The notes beneath the pieces are model-generated. The model saw only the letters and a program-made list of their open reading frames with translations, searched no databases and was not told where the DNA came from. A program made the translations under genes and the position numbers. From assembly GCA_964019335.1 (NCBI GenBank), contig OZ025657.1, positions 682,001-746,000 on the forward strand: a stretch of 64,000 bases of DNA, in the 5' to 3' direction. This stretch comes from Diplonema japonicum (Eukaryota; Protista; Euglenozoa: Diplonemea). Below, one piece after another: positions 23,905 through 34,506 of the stretch; within the stretch, counting starts at the first letter, position 1, and every line of letters starts with the position of its first letter.

Positions 23905-26900
23905 ATGTCTCTTTATAGACACAACACGAAAGAGTTGCTACGCGCTGAGGTGGAAAGACACTGTGGGCATGTGGCATCGGAGTACAAACTATTCAGAGGA
24001 TGGCAGAGTGAGTGGCGAAAGGCGGCAATAGTAGTCATCGAGAACACCCTCTTTAAACTCTTGATGGGCGGTGTTGAGGTGCTTGCTGCGTTGCTCTGTG
24101 TGTGGGAGGGCGTGCACATTGGTGTAGTAATCTCTGTGAGCGGGTTTCTCTTTATAGATATGGCTATGGTGGGCTGTGCAGTCGGATATCCCGAATACCT
24201 GAGATCGGCCCGCCATGTGGTAGAGTGCTCGTCTACATTGTGTATGGCAATGTACTTGCTTCTTGCCGCTCAAGGGACCACCGTGTCCTCCCTTCTCCTT
24301 CCCCTTCCTCTTAGACTGCTTAAACAGTTACGGCCATTTGTTCTTACAGATGCTTTATACACCGCTTCTCCTTACTGGGGAGGAACTCTCGCCACTGCCC
24401 TTTCTCTCACTTGGTTTTTCATCCTTCTTGGTCTTTTTATATGGGCCGATGGTTTGCACTACAGGTGTATTAATCCTGCCGGAGATTTTGAAGCGCAAGA
24501 CGATCCGTGTGGAGACAAGGCGTGCGGTTTGAACTACACATGCCAGTTCAGCCAGGCCACGTCGAGCCATACAGGGCTTGACAACTTCGGTGATGGGCTG
24601 CTTTATGTGCTTCAAGTCGCCACCTTCGACGACTGGGCACAGCTGCTTTTGAAGCTTGAGCATCGATCGGGGCACCTTGTCATCTTCTTTTTCATATCGA
24701 TCAACCTCTTCATCTCGTTCTTCGGGACGGGTATTATGTTGTCTGTCATCGCAAGGCTTTTAACCACCCCTACCCCGCGGCCACTTCCCCCTATCCCACA
24801 CCTCACACCCGCTGTGTTCCTTGCCTCTGTGCATCTCCATCCCATTGCTATAATTGCCCACCCCTACATTCTATGGGAACTGCCCCCAATGCAGCCGCCT
24901 TTCGTCGATCATCTTCGTATGGTTGCGGTGTTTCCTGACACAAAGGCCCTCCAGCACATGGAGGACCAGCTGCATTACAACCAACTGCTTGCACAACGAA
25001 AGATACCCGTTTCCCCGAAAGCACCACCCGCCCCCGCCCCACGCACCTCAGAAACCCCACCCGTCTTGAAGAAGATATTGACCCACCCTGCGTTCACAAT
25101 CACTATGTGGTGCTCAACTATTGTGAACAGCATTGTTCTGTGGCTATCAAGGATCATCCCCGACGACGCTGTCAGATACGTTAGTTACGTGTGCTCTGCC
25201 GTGTTCTTGGTCGAGGCGTGCCTCATTGTCGCTGTGCTCCGCAGGGACATGACTGGTTTCGATACTTTGCGCTGCGTGCTGTCCGCGGTAAGTCTATGGT
25301 ACTGCATTGCGGGGACGGGGCCCTGTTTTAATGCTCTGCGATTGCTCGGGTTGTTGCAGTACATGCAATACTCCGAAGTAGCCCCAATACAGCGTGTTGC
25401 CTGTGCCATCGTACACTCCGTGAATCCCGTTATGGCCTCGTTTGGGTTTTGCTCTCTCCTCTGGTACTGGGTGACAGTGATCGGCATGACCACTCTGGAC
25501 CCGCTGCATGACGAGAGGTGGGATAGGAATGTGTTTGATGGTTTCTGGGAGAGCCTCCTGACCGCCTACGGCTTGTTCACGATGGAGAAGTGGGCTTTCC
25601 TCACAAGAAGAGCCATGCAAACAGAGTCGCAATGGGCTGTGATGTATTTCATTTTTGTGGTGTTGTTGTCATTCGGGATGCATACCCTGCTCCGTGCCAT
25701 CCTCCTGTCTTCGTACAAACAGGTGGCATCTCTCCAGACGCTCCCCCCTGTCGTAAGGGAGCCCGTCGTGCAACCCACTGAACCCATCTGTGACGAGGAG
25801 TCGGAAATGTCGTTCCTGACACGTCCACCGACACCGGCAAGCGACTGCATCTCGTTCTACGCCCCCGGTCCTGTGGGCAATAAGGGTTGGGTGCGCTTCC
25901 AACTCAGGTGCGGTGTTATTAATATCAAAGTTAAGAACGACGTGCCTCTTGATGCGAAGCGTGTCAGCATCCTGCCACCCAATGAGTGTGAGCTGCCTGC
26001 ACTTTACGTGGCAACCCACGAAGGCACCTCCTTCAAGGCCTATATCCCCGACAACTTGCTCGCACGTGTTGCAGTCGAGCTGCGTGCCACACTCGGCGAC
26101 CAGCGCACCATATCCAAGATTTCACACAACATCGACGAGTGGCGCAGCGAACACTCCACCTACATCGTGGGTGAGGAGTATTGGCTCAGCACCGTCGAGG
26201 AACCGTCTTTCTGCGGGAAGTACCACCCGACAGCGTCCGGCAAGTGGGAAAACAGGGAGACTGATGCTGTACTGACCTGTAGTCAGCACCGCTGGACTGT
26301 GAAAGTTGACTCCAAATCTGTAAGCAGTGACGGGTTCACATGGGTAAAGAATAAAGATCAGTTTCCCATGCACATGGTGACATATACTGGCGGCAATAGA
26401 GTGTTCACTGTCAATGCCGATGACCCACTAGGGTTGCTGGCACGCCGTTATGTCGTTTACGAGGATGTCTTGTGGCGCTCCCTGCAGCACTACATCGACA
26501 CGAGCGGTGTCCATAGGCTCGAGGATCTTGTGGAGTATGTCTGCAAGGTGGACATCCCCTTCCGCAACGCACTCCTTGCAACGGGCACGAAACAAATCTT
26601 ATACATGTCAGACCCGTACTGGGGAGGTAAAGGGAACGGATTGAACGAGTATGGGAAGATATTGATGAGGGTGAGAAACCATGTGCCCAAGGGGGAATGC
26701 GAACAAATGTTCTCTGAGATTGGGTTGAATGCTGTGCTGGCTGAAGAGCTGCATCTTCGTGACTTTGCACCAGACACGCTGAAGTTATTCAAGAAACATC
26801 TGAAAGGCACTAAAAGCAAGCTGCTGGATCTGGAATACAAGCCAGAGCAGTTAGAAGAACTGGACAACGAAGATGACGAGTCCTTGCCGTCCCTTGGCTA

Positions 26901-29277
26901 CAACGATCTCGTGGAGTATGCTAGGATGTTCGCGAGGCTACAGAAGACAAGTTCGAAATTTCTCCCCGCCTCAGAACTGGAAGCGAAGACGTACGAGCCG
27001 AAACAGCCGCCCCCAGTTCTGATCACACACTTCGCGTTGGGGTGCAGACAGCTTGGGTGCATAGGCTTTTCCACAACAAACAGTCTCAGAACTGTTGCAG
27101 GCATCATCAGGAAACACTTTATGTACAGCACAATCCTCACACTGGTAATCATCGGGCAGACAGTAGCCATCTGGTTCGATGTGCCGAACTATGATGAAAG
27201 CGCAGCAGCGCAAGACGTCAACCGTGTCTGCGATATTGTCATCACGCTCGTCTTCATGATGGAGTCTCTACTCGGGGTGATTCAGATGGGGCTGGTGAGG
27301 AACGAAAACGCGTATCTACGAAACACATGGGACTTGCTGATGGCGTGGGGGGCTTTATTTGCCTTCCTCGGGCTCTTCGTTCCTGTTGTCAAACCTTTAA
27401 GAGGCGTGGTTCTGTTCCGCTTCATGCACAAGGACCGCTTCCTGTCACGCGTGACTAAAAGGCTGGTCGGGTGCGTGGGAGATGTCATCTCAGTGATGTT
27501 GGCTGCAGCAGCGTTTGGTATGCTGTGGGGCATCCTCGGGATACAGATCCTCAACGAGAAGGATGAATCCATGGGCGATATCTATGCTACCTTGTGGGAC
27601 ATCACGCTCTCCGATGGGTGGTTGGACACCTTGTACAACTCGCCTGGTGGCATTGTCATTCCCTACTACTGTGTCTACGTCTTTGTGGTCAGACTGTTGT
27701 TGTTCCTCTTCCCGGCGATTGTGCTGTGCCGTGACAACAACCGTGTTGGCTACACCGACCTGCAACTCAGGTGGATGGAGTCATTGCAATATTTAAAGGA
27801 CTTCAGTGTACTCCGTCCGCCTCCGCAGGAGCCGCAAGGGGGGTCGAAGTATTTTTACTACCTTGTCGCCAATCACAAGCTGACCACGCCATCGGTGAAC
27901 ACGTGCATCGCCTGTGTGTGCATAGTCTTGTCTACTCATGTGGTCAACAAGCCGACGCAGCTGTCAATCGTGCACCGCAACATAGCTATAGCTCTTATCG
28001 TAAGTCTGACGCTGGAAGTTTGCGTCAAAGTCCTAGGATGGGGCCCCAAGCACTATGTCAGGGACAACTGGCGCCGTGTTGATTTGCTGACTGTGGTGGT
28101 AGCATGGGTGGGCGTTGCCTTCGGAAATGCTGAGATCTTCGCTGCCTTTACTATGTCGCGGCTGTTTCGGTTGTACATATTGTTGGAAGACATGAAGTGG
28201 TGGTTGGAGCTGGCGGCCTGTCTTCGATCGTTTCTCGTTTTTGCAAAGCATGTTGTGCATGTGCTGGCATTCTTGTTGTTGTTCCTCTTCCTTACGGGGG
28301 GCATGGGCATCCAACTCTTCGGTGCCTCGCCCAACGTCGCCGAAAACAGCACTGGCCTCAACCCGTACATGAACTTTGAGAACTACCCCAACGCCATGAT
28401 GCTCTCCTTCCGCATTGCTGTCGGTGAGGGGCTCACTTCTATCATCTCAGACCTTGGCACGTCAGAGGCTCGCATCTATACCACTGTGGTGCGTGTAGCA
28501 GGTCTGGTTGTCGTTGGGCTTTTTGTAGCACAGGCTATGGAGGCTATGAGCTACGCACTCAGGGTGATGGCAACCCTCCGTTTAGTTTCCCTCTTGGACC
28601 CTTTCATCAAGAAATGGAAGACAAAGGATAAGTCGGGTCTCGGCAACCTGTGTGCACATGATGTCATAGACATTTTGTGTTCCCTTCCCTTGCCTCTATG
28701 GGACAAGGACAAGTCAGTTATGCAGCAGCTGAAAATGTTACCCATTCCAGTCACAAACCCAAGGGACCCTGACAACTACGGCCAGTCGAGGGCTAGGTAC
28801 ATGGACGCAGTGTCGGCACTGTCAATGAAGATGATGGGTTTGGACATTCAAGCGGGATTGGAGATCTCTGAGTCGAAAGAGTGCGTGTGGCCTCTGAGAG
28901 ACTGCAGACATGAATGGATGGGGCTACATCATTATCAAGCCGTGATCATTATAGAGAGGTTTGTCCTGAAGGGCGTGAGAAACAGAAAAAGCTCGGTTTA
29001 CGTATCTGTTGTTAAGGGACTGCAGTCACGCGTGCTGGGTTTGCAAAAAAGGGTTGCGCACTCAGAAGCCCTCATGGAGAAGTACCACGCGGACCGTGCA
29101 GTGGTGGTAGGAGAGTACCAGCACCTTGTGGCCTATGCAACTGACACTCTGCACTCCATTCCACCTTCTTCATCGTCCGAGCTCACTTCTGACGAAGTCA
29201 CACTCCCCATCACGTCGACCCCTTCATCTAACAGGTCGTCGCACCATAACACCGATCGCTCACTGTTCATAACCTAA
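23905..29277 (+). CDS. Four-repeat voltage-gated-type (Cav/Nav superfamily) cation channel alpha subunit with a NADAR-like insert
   Basis: Four TM repeats with pore loops ATFDDW, FTMEKW, TLSDGW, AVGEGL; YLRNTWD and DNWRRVD S2-S3 motifs; GIQLFG and NFENY in repeat IV; C-terminal EF- and IQ-like segment. Confidence 0.85.
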   Translation: MSLYRHNTKELLRAEVERHCGHVASEYKLFRGWQSEWRKAAIVVIENTLFKLLMGGVEVLAALLCVWEGVHIGVVISVSGFLFIDMAMVGCAVGYPEYLRSARHVVECSSTLCMAMYLLLAAQGTTVSSLLLPLPLRLLKQLRPFVLTDALYTASPYWGGTLATALSLTWFFILLGLFIWADGLHYRCINPAGDFEAQDDPCGDKACGLNYTCQFSQATSSHTGLDNFGDGLLYVLQVATFDDWAQLLLKLEHRSGHLVIFFFISINLFISFFGTGIMLSVIARLLTTPTPRPLPPIPHLTPAVFLASVHLHPIAIIAHPYILWELPPMQPPFVDHLRMVAVFPDTKALQHMEDQLHYNQLLAQRKIPVSPKAPPAPAPRTSETPPVLKKILTHPAFTITMWCSTIVNSIVLWLSRIIPDDAVRYVSYVCSAVFLVEACLIVAVLRRDMTGFDTLRCVLSAVSLWYCIAGTGPCFNALRLLGLLQYMQYSEVAPIQRVACAIVHSVNPVMASFGFCSLLWYWVTVIGMTTLDPLHDERWDRNVFDGFWESLLTAYGLFTMEKWAFLTRRAMQTESQWAVMYFIFVVLLSFGMHTLLRAILLSSYKQVASLQTLPPVVREPVVQPTEPICDEESEMSFLTRPPTPASDCISFYAPGPVGNKGWVRFQLRCGVINIKVKNDVPLDAKRVSILPPNECELPALYVATHEGTSFKAYIPDNLLARVAVELRATLGDQRTISKISHNIDEWRSEHSTYIVGEEYWLSTVEEPSFCGKYHPTASGKWENRETDAVLTCSQHRWTVKVDSKSVSSDGFTWVKNKDQFPMHMVTYTGGNRVFTVNADDPLGLLARRYVVYEDVLWRSLQHYIDTSGVHRLEDLVEYVCKVDIPFRNALLATGTKQILYMSDPYWGGKGNGLNEYGKILMRVRNHVPKGECEQMFSEIGLNAVLAEELHLRDFAPDTLKLFKKHLKGTKSKLLDLEYKPEQLEELDNEDDESLPSLGYNDLVEYARMFARLQKTSSKFLPASELEAKTYEPKQPPPVLITHFALGCRQLGCIGFSTTNSLRTVAGIIRKHFMYSTILTLVIIGQTVAIWFDVPNYDESAAAQDVNRVCDIVITLVFMMESLLGVIQMGLVRNENAYLRNTWDLLMAWGALFAFLGLFVPVVKPLRGVVLFRFMHKDRFLSRVTKRLVGCVGDVISVMLAAAAFGMLWGILGIQILNEKDESMGDIYATLWDITLSDGWLDTLYNSPGGIVIPYYCVYVFVVRLLLFLFPAIVLCRDNNRVGYTDLQLRWMESLQYLKDFSVLRPPPQEPQGGSKYFYYLVANHKLTTPSVNTCIACVCIVLSTHVVNKPTQLSIVHRNIAIALIVSLTLEVCVKVLGWGPKHYVRDNWRRVDLLTVVVAWVGVAFGNAEIFAAFTMSRLFRLYILLEDMKWWLELAACLRSFLVFAKHVVHVLAFLLLFLFLTGGMGIQLFGASPNVAENSTGLNPYMNFENYPNAMMLSFRIAVGEGLTSIISDLGTSEARIYTTVVRVAGLVVVGLFVAQAMEAMSYALRVMATLRLVSLLDPFIKKWKTKDKSGLGNLCAHDVIDILCSLPLPLWDKDKSVMQQLKMLPIPVTNPRDPDNYGQSRARYMDAVSALSMKMMGLDIQAGLEISESKECVWPLRDCRHEWMGLHHYQAVIIIERFVLKGVRNRKSSVYVSVVKGLQSRVLGLQKRVAHSEALMEKYHADRAVVVGEYQHLVAYATDTLHSIPPSSSSELTSDEVTLPITSTPSSNRSSHHNTDRSLFIT
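26398..26685 (+). other. NADAR/YbiA-like domain (truncated) in the channel II-III linker
   Basis: WRSLQHY resembles W-x-T-S-E-H-Y, and LLATGTKQILYMSDPYWGGKGNGLNEYGKILMRVR matches the NADAR C-terminal signature LLxTG...D-x-x-WG...G-x-N-x-LG-x-x-LM-x-x-R. Confidence 0.75.
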
Positions 29278-29376
29278 AGGGGCGTTAACACGTTCCCACT
29301 ATTTAACTTACTTGACCCAACTTTTACAGCAACATATTCACATATACAGGGCACAGGGCACAACAAAAGTGATAGT

Positions 29377-31005
29377 ATGGCCAGAATAGGTGGCATGGCG
29401 GACATCAACGCAAGGTTGATGAAGAAAAACTCGAAAGGCAAGCAGCATGCTAGGCCTGTGGAGAGGCTTGAAGACGAATATGACCTGAAAATTGAACCAG
29501 AGGACCAGGAACCTGGTGTGCTGGGTAAGGGAACGTACGGCATTGTGAGGAGGTACGAGAAGAAGGACCTGGACCACCTGAAGCATGTGCCATCCGGGCC
29601 TGTTGCGATTAAGGAGATCGACAAGATGCGTGCTTCGTCGAACACGAAGACGCTGAAGCACATCATGGTGGAGCTTGTGGTGCTGAAGCAGCTCAACCAC
29701 CCCAACGTCATCAAGCTGTACGACGTGGTGCACACAGAGGACAAGATCTACATGGTCATGGAGCTCTGCAGCGGTGGCGAGCTTTACCACTTCATTGCCA
29801 CGAACCGCGTGCTCCCTCCCGACACCGCCGCCATCATCCTCAAGCAGATCCTCATTGTGCTGAAGTACATACACAGCGAGCACATTGTGCACAGAGATAT
29901 CAAACCAGAAAACATCCTCATAGACAAGAACGACTTCCACATCAAGCTCATCGACTTCGGGCTTGCAAAGTACTATGGCCCTGCAACGAATGTGGATTTC
30001 CCCCAGTCGCCCTCACCTAACAACCCCCAGCACTTCATGTGCGGTGATGCGGTGCCGCCTAGCCCGCTCATTGCCAACACACCCTGTGGGACTGATCTCT
30101 ACCTGGCGCTTGAGTCCATCTGCGGTATCTTAGAAGGCCAGGTGGGCAAGAGGCCGTGGATGTCTACGAAAAGCAAGCTGCCTAAAGTGGACGTGTACGG
30201 CGCGGTATGGCAATGGTTTAAGAATTATTATTTCATCGCACGCAGGGTGTCATTGCCTACGCCATGCTGACAGGAAAGCTACCGTACCGAAGTGCTTACC
30301 GCCAAGTCCGAAGAACGCCACAGGAGCGCGAGCGCAGGTTAGAGGACTTGAAGGGAAAGATGAGAGATGGTGTGCAGTTCCCGGCCACTGCCCAGAACCT
30401 TCCTCTCGAGGCACTAGAGGTATGCTGTTGTGGCACATGAACCATCACAGTGCGTGCGTGAGCTGATGCAGAACAACTGCCAAGAGCGTCCCTCAGCAGA
30501 GCAGGCGATCATGCTTGACTGGTTGAGAGACGTGAGAACCCCTTCTAGGGGCGAGCCCGACGTGACTGTCATCGAGGTGAAGCAGGTATTGAATTGACAC
30601 GTGACGACACACTCAACAGGTGAAGCCCGTGGATAAGGCAAGCTTTGTGATGTCTGGGCCGCCCATTAAAAAGAAGGGCAAGCAGCCTGAGAAGGCACCG
30701 CTCCCGGATCTCACGAAGCAAGCTGTAGGGTATGAGGCAGGATGTAAAAGAAAACTTGACAGAGTTGAAGAAAAGAAGGTGATTGCTGGTGCTGGTGCAG
30801 AGAAGAAAGGTATGCTCGAAAAAATAATATGAGCGACATGTACACACACACAGAAACGCCAATTGAGTTCGTGGAGGAGGAGAAAGAAGAGGAGAAGGCC
30901 CCGGGCACTGCCGATCCTGCCAAGTTCAAGGACGGGTGGGCTGAGCTTATGCGGAATGTGAGAGGCGAAGAAGACGATGACTGTGAAGAGAAGAACTCGG
31001 CGTAA
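29377..31005 (+). CDS. Ser/Thr protein kinase, CAMK-like
   Basis: [24 protein letters not shown]. Introns 30205..30245, 30420..30450, 30586..30619, 30730..30762 and 30810..30853 restore [19 protein letters not shown] and RPSAEQA; stop TAA at 31003-31005. Confidence 0.88.
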
Positions 31006-31730
31006 GCACATCATTGAACGGTCCCATCAGTGTTTCCTAACCACGTAAGCCTGCGGAGCCCCCCCCTCCGACCTCCGACCCCCCCCCCCCCCCCCCTTTC
31101 ATTTCTCTTCTTAGCTCTTGTCTTTAGTTTCATCGTGCTCTTGCAAGAGTGCTTTATGTTGGTATTCTTAAGTTTTACGTTGGTTTGTAGTTTTATTTAA
31201 ACTTTTTTTTTCTCTTATTTTTTTTTCTGAGGACAGGAAGAGGCAAGACCAAAAGAGGTAACAGTGGAAGTATAAAATGGAAAAAGAAAAGAAAAGATGT
31301 TTTCTAAAATCAAAAAAAAAAAGAAATTTGAAAAAAAAAAAATAGAAGAGAGAGGAAAGAAGAAAAAAAAAATGACAAAAAAAAAGAGAGAGAGAGAGAA
31401 AGGAGAAAAAAAAATCACAAACCTAGAAGAAAAAAACTTAAAAACTTATCCTGTCTTTCGCTGTAAGAAGCTCTTACGCAAGAACAATGACCCTAGCCAA
31501 GTTGATCTTCAAAAGCAGGCTGCTATTTTTTTTTTCTCCCCCCCTTTTTTTTTTAAATATTGGTGGATGTCGCTAACACTTCTCTCCCATCAGTTCTCTT
31601 TTTTTATTCCTTTTTCTTTTTTTTTTATTATTTCCCCTCCAGCTGTGCTTCTTTTTTCCGAGGTCTGTCTTGCCTTTCCACTTCCATTTCTTCCCCCCTC
31701 CCATCTGTTGTTGTAAGCCCTCAGGGTACG

Positions 31731-33086
31731 ATGACTGATTATGATGTTCGTCGGCGCAAAATGTTTATGGAAGAGAGAGAACGACGAGACGCCATGAAGA
31801 TGGTGGAAGAGGGGTGCCGGCATACCTTGTACACATGCCTTCAGGGGTTCATGCCACAGGCAAAACCAGAGCCAGAGCCAGAACCAGAACCAGAACCAGA
31901 GACACCTGTGCAAACGGAAGAGGCAGGGTGCCAATGGGAGCACGGGTTCCACAACACCCACAAGCAGTACAGTTTGTGCCTTGACATCGACGGCACTATG
32001 CTGACAACAGGTTTTGATGAAGCAGAGGACGTGACACACATCAACACGAGGGCGGGGCTGCGCGAGATGCTTGAGGGTCTTGTTGAGAACGAAAACCTGC
32101 GGATTGGAATCTACACAGCCGCACGGTCGCTGTACGCCTCTGGGTCGAAGTTCCTTATCAACGACCTTGTGTGTGGGTTTACAGAGCCTGTCTTTGACTT
32201 CTGCATCAGCCACCAGCCTGAGCTCGACATCAACACCACCACAAAGGACCTGCGCCTTGTGCGCAAGGACAAGGACATCGACCACGTCCTCCTCATCGAC
32301 AACGACCCTAGTGTCATAGTGCAGGCGTGCAACACGGTCATCATCCCAGACTTCGACTACGACCCACGAGGCAGGGACCCTATCCTCCTCCACATCGCTG
32401 AGATGGTCGCTGCGCTCTGCAAAAGCGGCCTCACAGTACCCCTTTTCCTCCAAAAATCTCAACGTGAAAATAAATTCGTGCACTTGCACCGAAGCACATA
32501 CCACATGAACAGGTACTGTGTGAGCTGTGCTGCTCTTGAGAAGCCCAACGAAGCCTTGATCATTGACGAATGCTTTGGTATGCCACGGGATAGAGGGTGA
32601 GAGATGTTTTATAAAAACACAGGCACGTGGGATCTATTTTGCCAGTCATGCTGGGAAGCCGTACGTGTGGAACAGGAAGCCGATGCGGCGAAGGAACTCC
32701 TGAAACAGAAAGAAGAGGAAGACCGGAAACGAGAAGTGACAGAAAGGAAGCAACGGGCAGCGAAAGCAAAGGATGAGGAAGACCGGAGGAAGCGAGAAAT
32801 ACTCGTTAAAAAGAAGCGGGAGGAGAAGGAGAAAGTATTGAAGATGCAAGAAGAGAAACAGGAAAAGGAGAGGGAAGAGGCAGAGAAGGCAAAGCGGAAG
32901 GAAGAGGAAGAGAAGGCCAAGAAACAAGAACAGGCGAAGAAGCGACTAATCATCGACGAAGTGAGCCGACCCGTTCCATCGCAACAGCTTAAAGAAAATG
33001 GGGCAGGTAAGAATAAGAAGAAAAAGGGGAAAAAGGTGGACTTGAACGAGGTCTTGTGGCCGTCTCTTGGCGCCCCGCAAAGATAA
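31731..33086 (+). CDS. FCP/SCP (NIF, HAD-family) phosphatase with a CxxC-CxxC finger and charged coiled-coil tail
   Basis: LCLDIDGT, RAGL, IYTA, KDL, LLIDND. Intron 32578..32622 joins ORFs 31560..32600 and 32604..33086, giving CVSC...CQSC. Confidence 0.82.
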
Positions 33087-33364
33087 GACACAAGAAGAGA
33101 AGGGTTATGCTAGCTGCACCCACGCTCTCCTTCCTCTTAACCTTGTCTTCCTCTCTGCTCATTTCCCCCCCCTCCTTCATTCTTCTTTTTCTTTTTTCTT
33201 TTCTTGGGCTAAATTGAACAAAAAAAAAAAAGAGGAAAAAATATCGAATTACACCTTTTCCCTTTTTTTTTTTCTTTTTTTTTTTCTTGCGCAGCACGAC
33301 TGTGAGCCTTAAATCTAGTTTCTTTTCTTTTTTCCGGCGACAAGGGATTTTTTTCCCCGTGACT

Positions 33365-33404
<40 letters not shown>

Positions 33405-33542
33405 TTCCTATTAAAATATCGGGTCCTCTGTAGTTTCCCTCTGCCTACAGACAGCTCTTTTAAAAAAAAAAAAAAAAAATGAAGGAGGAAAAAAAGTCCT
33501 CTCGTATTTAGTTTCTCTTCTTTTCTTCTTCTTCTAAGAAAT

Positions 33543-33688
33543 AATATTTCCAGGGTTAACTGATCACCAATAGGGTTTTAAATACAACTGTATTGTAAAT
33601 TTGACAACAACCGGGGGGTGCATTGAAGGGGTATGGTTGCAGGCGTTTCAAAAACCCGACAGTGATCGTTTAACCCTGGGTACTATTG
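33543..33688. mobile_element. MITE-like element, family A (GGTTAACC-containing terminal inverted repeats)
   Basis: CCAGGGTTAACTGATCAC at 33550-33567 and GTGATCGTTTAACCCTGG at 33662-33679 are 16/18 inverted matches, extending imperfectly outward. The same TIR recurs at 62926-62978. Confidence 0.65.
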
Positions 33689-34506
33689 AAATAAGTTAAC
33701 GAAACACACAAAAAAAAAAACAAAAAAAAATAGCTTCATTACCCCCTCCCCCCTCTTTGTTTAGCGTGGGCCCCGATAGTTAAAGGCATTTTTTATAGTT
33801 CCAAGTGCCCATAAAAAAAATGGTTTCCCCCCCCCCCCCCTCCTCTTTTCTTTTTCGATATTTTATTTTGTACTGGTTCTTCCTCTTTTTTTTTTCTTTT
33901 TTTTTTTCTCGACAATCCTTTTTCTTTTATTTTTTTGTAAAGAAGGGGTAATTCACTTACTAATAAATAAATACACCCAAAACCGGTTTTTTTTTTTTTT
34001 TTTTTTTTGGACCCATCTGAATATAGTTTTTGGAGGCTGCTTAAGTGAGATTGTCTTTTACTTTGAGCTTTAGTATTAAGTGGATTTTTCGACTTTTTTC
34101 TTCCTCGAAGTTCTGTACTTTTTTTGGGTACCTGAGTGAATTACCCCCACCGCGACGTAAGATGAAAGAAACGAAAAAAAAAAAGGGAAAAAAAAAGCTG
34201 GAGCGCTCACTTAAAGCCCAACTAGGCCGGTGAGCACATTCCTTTAAAGAATAGTTTTTTTATCCCCCCTTCCCCTTCCCTGTCCCCTTTCTCCCCCTTT
34301 TTTTTTTGATTCCCATTTCCCTCCAATTTAGCATTCTATTTCGAGGCCCTCTTTTTCAAAAGAAAAAAAAAAGTGGTTACCTTCTCCTCTGCCCGCCGCC
34401 CCACCTCGAGCGGCGCCTCCGCAGCTTTTGGGGGTCTCGCCTGTTTTTTTATCTTATTTTTTATATTTTTTATTATTATTTTGGTAAATAGCGCGTAGAC
34501 ACATCC

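Noticed and set aside
32598-32603. In-frame TGA between two ORFs suggesting readthrough or selenocysteine
   Set aside because: The TGA lies inside a consensus GTATG...ACAG intron (32578-32622); no recoding is needed.
34105-34135. AGTTCTGTACTTTTTTTGGGTA resembling the 3' end of a euglenozoan spliced leader
   Set aside because: Short imperfect match; no SL 5' part, no GTATG donor and no tandem array.
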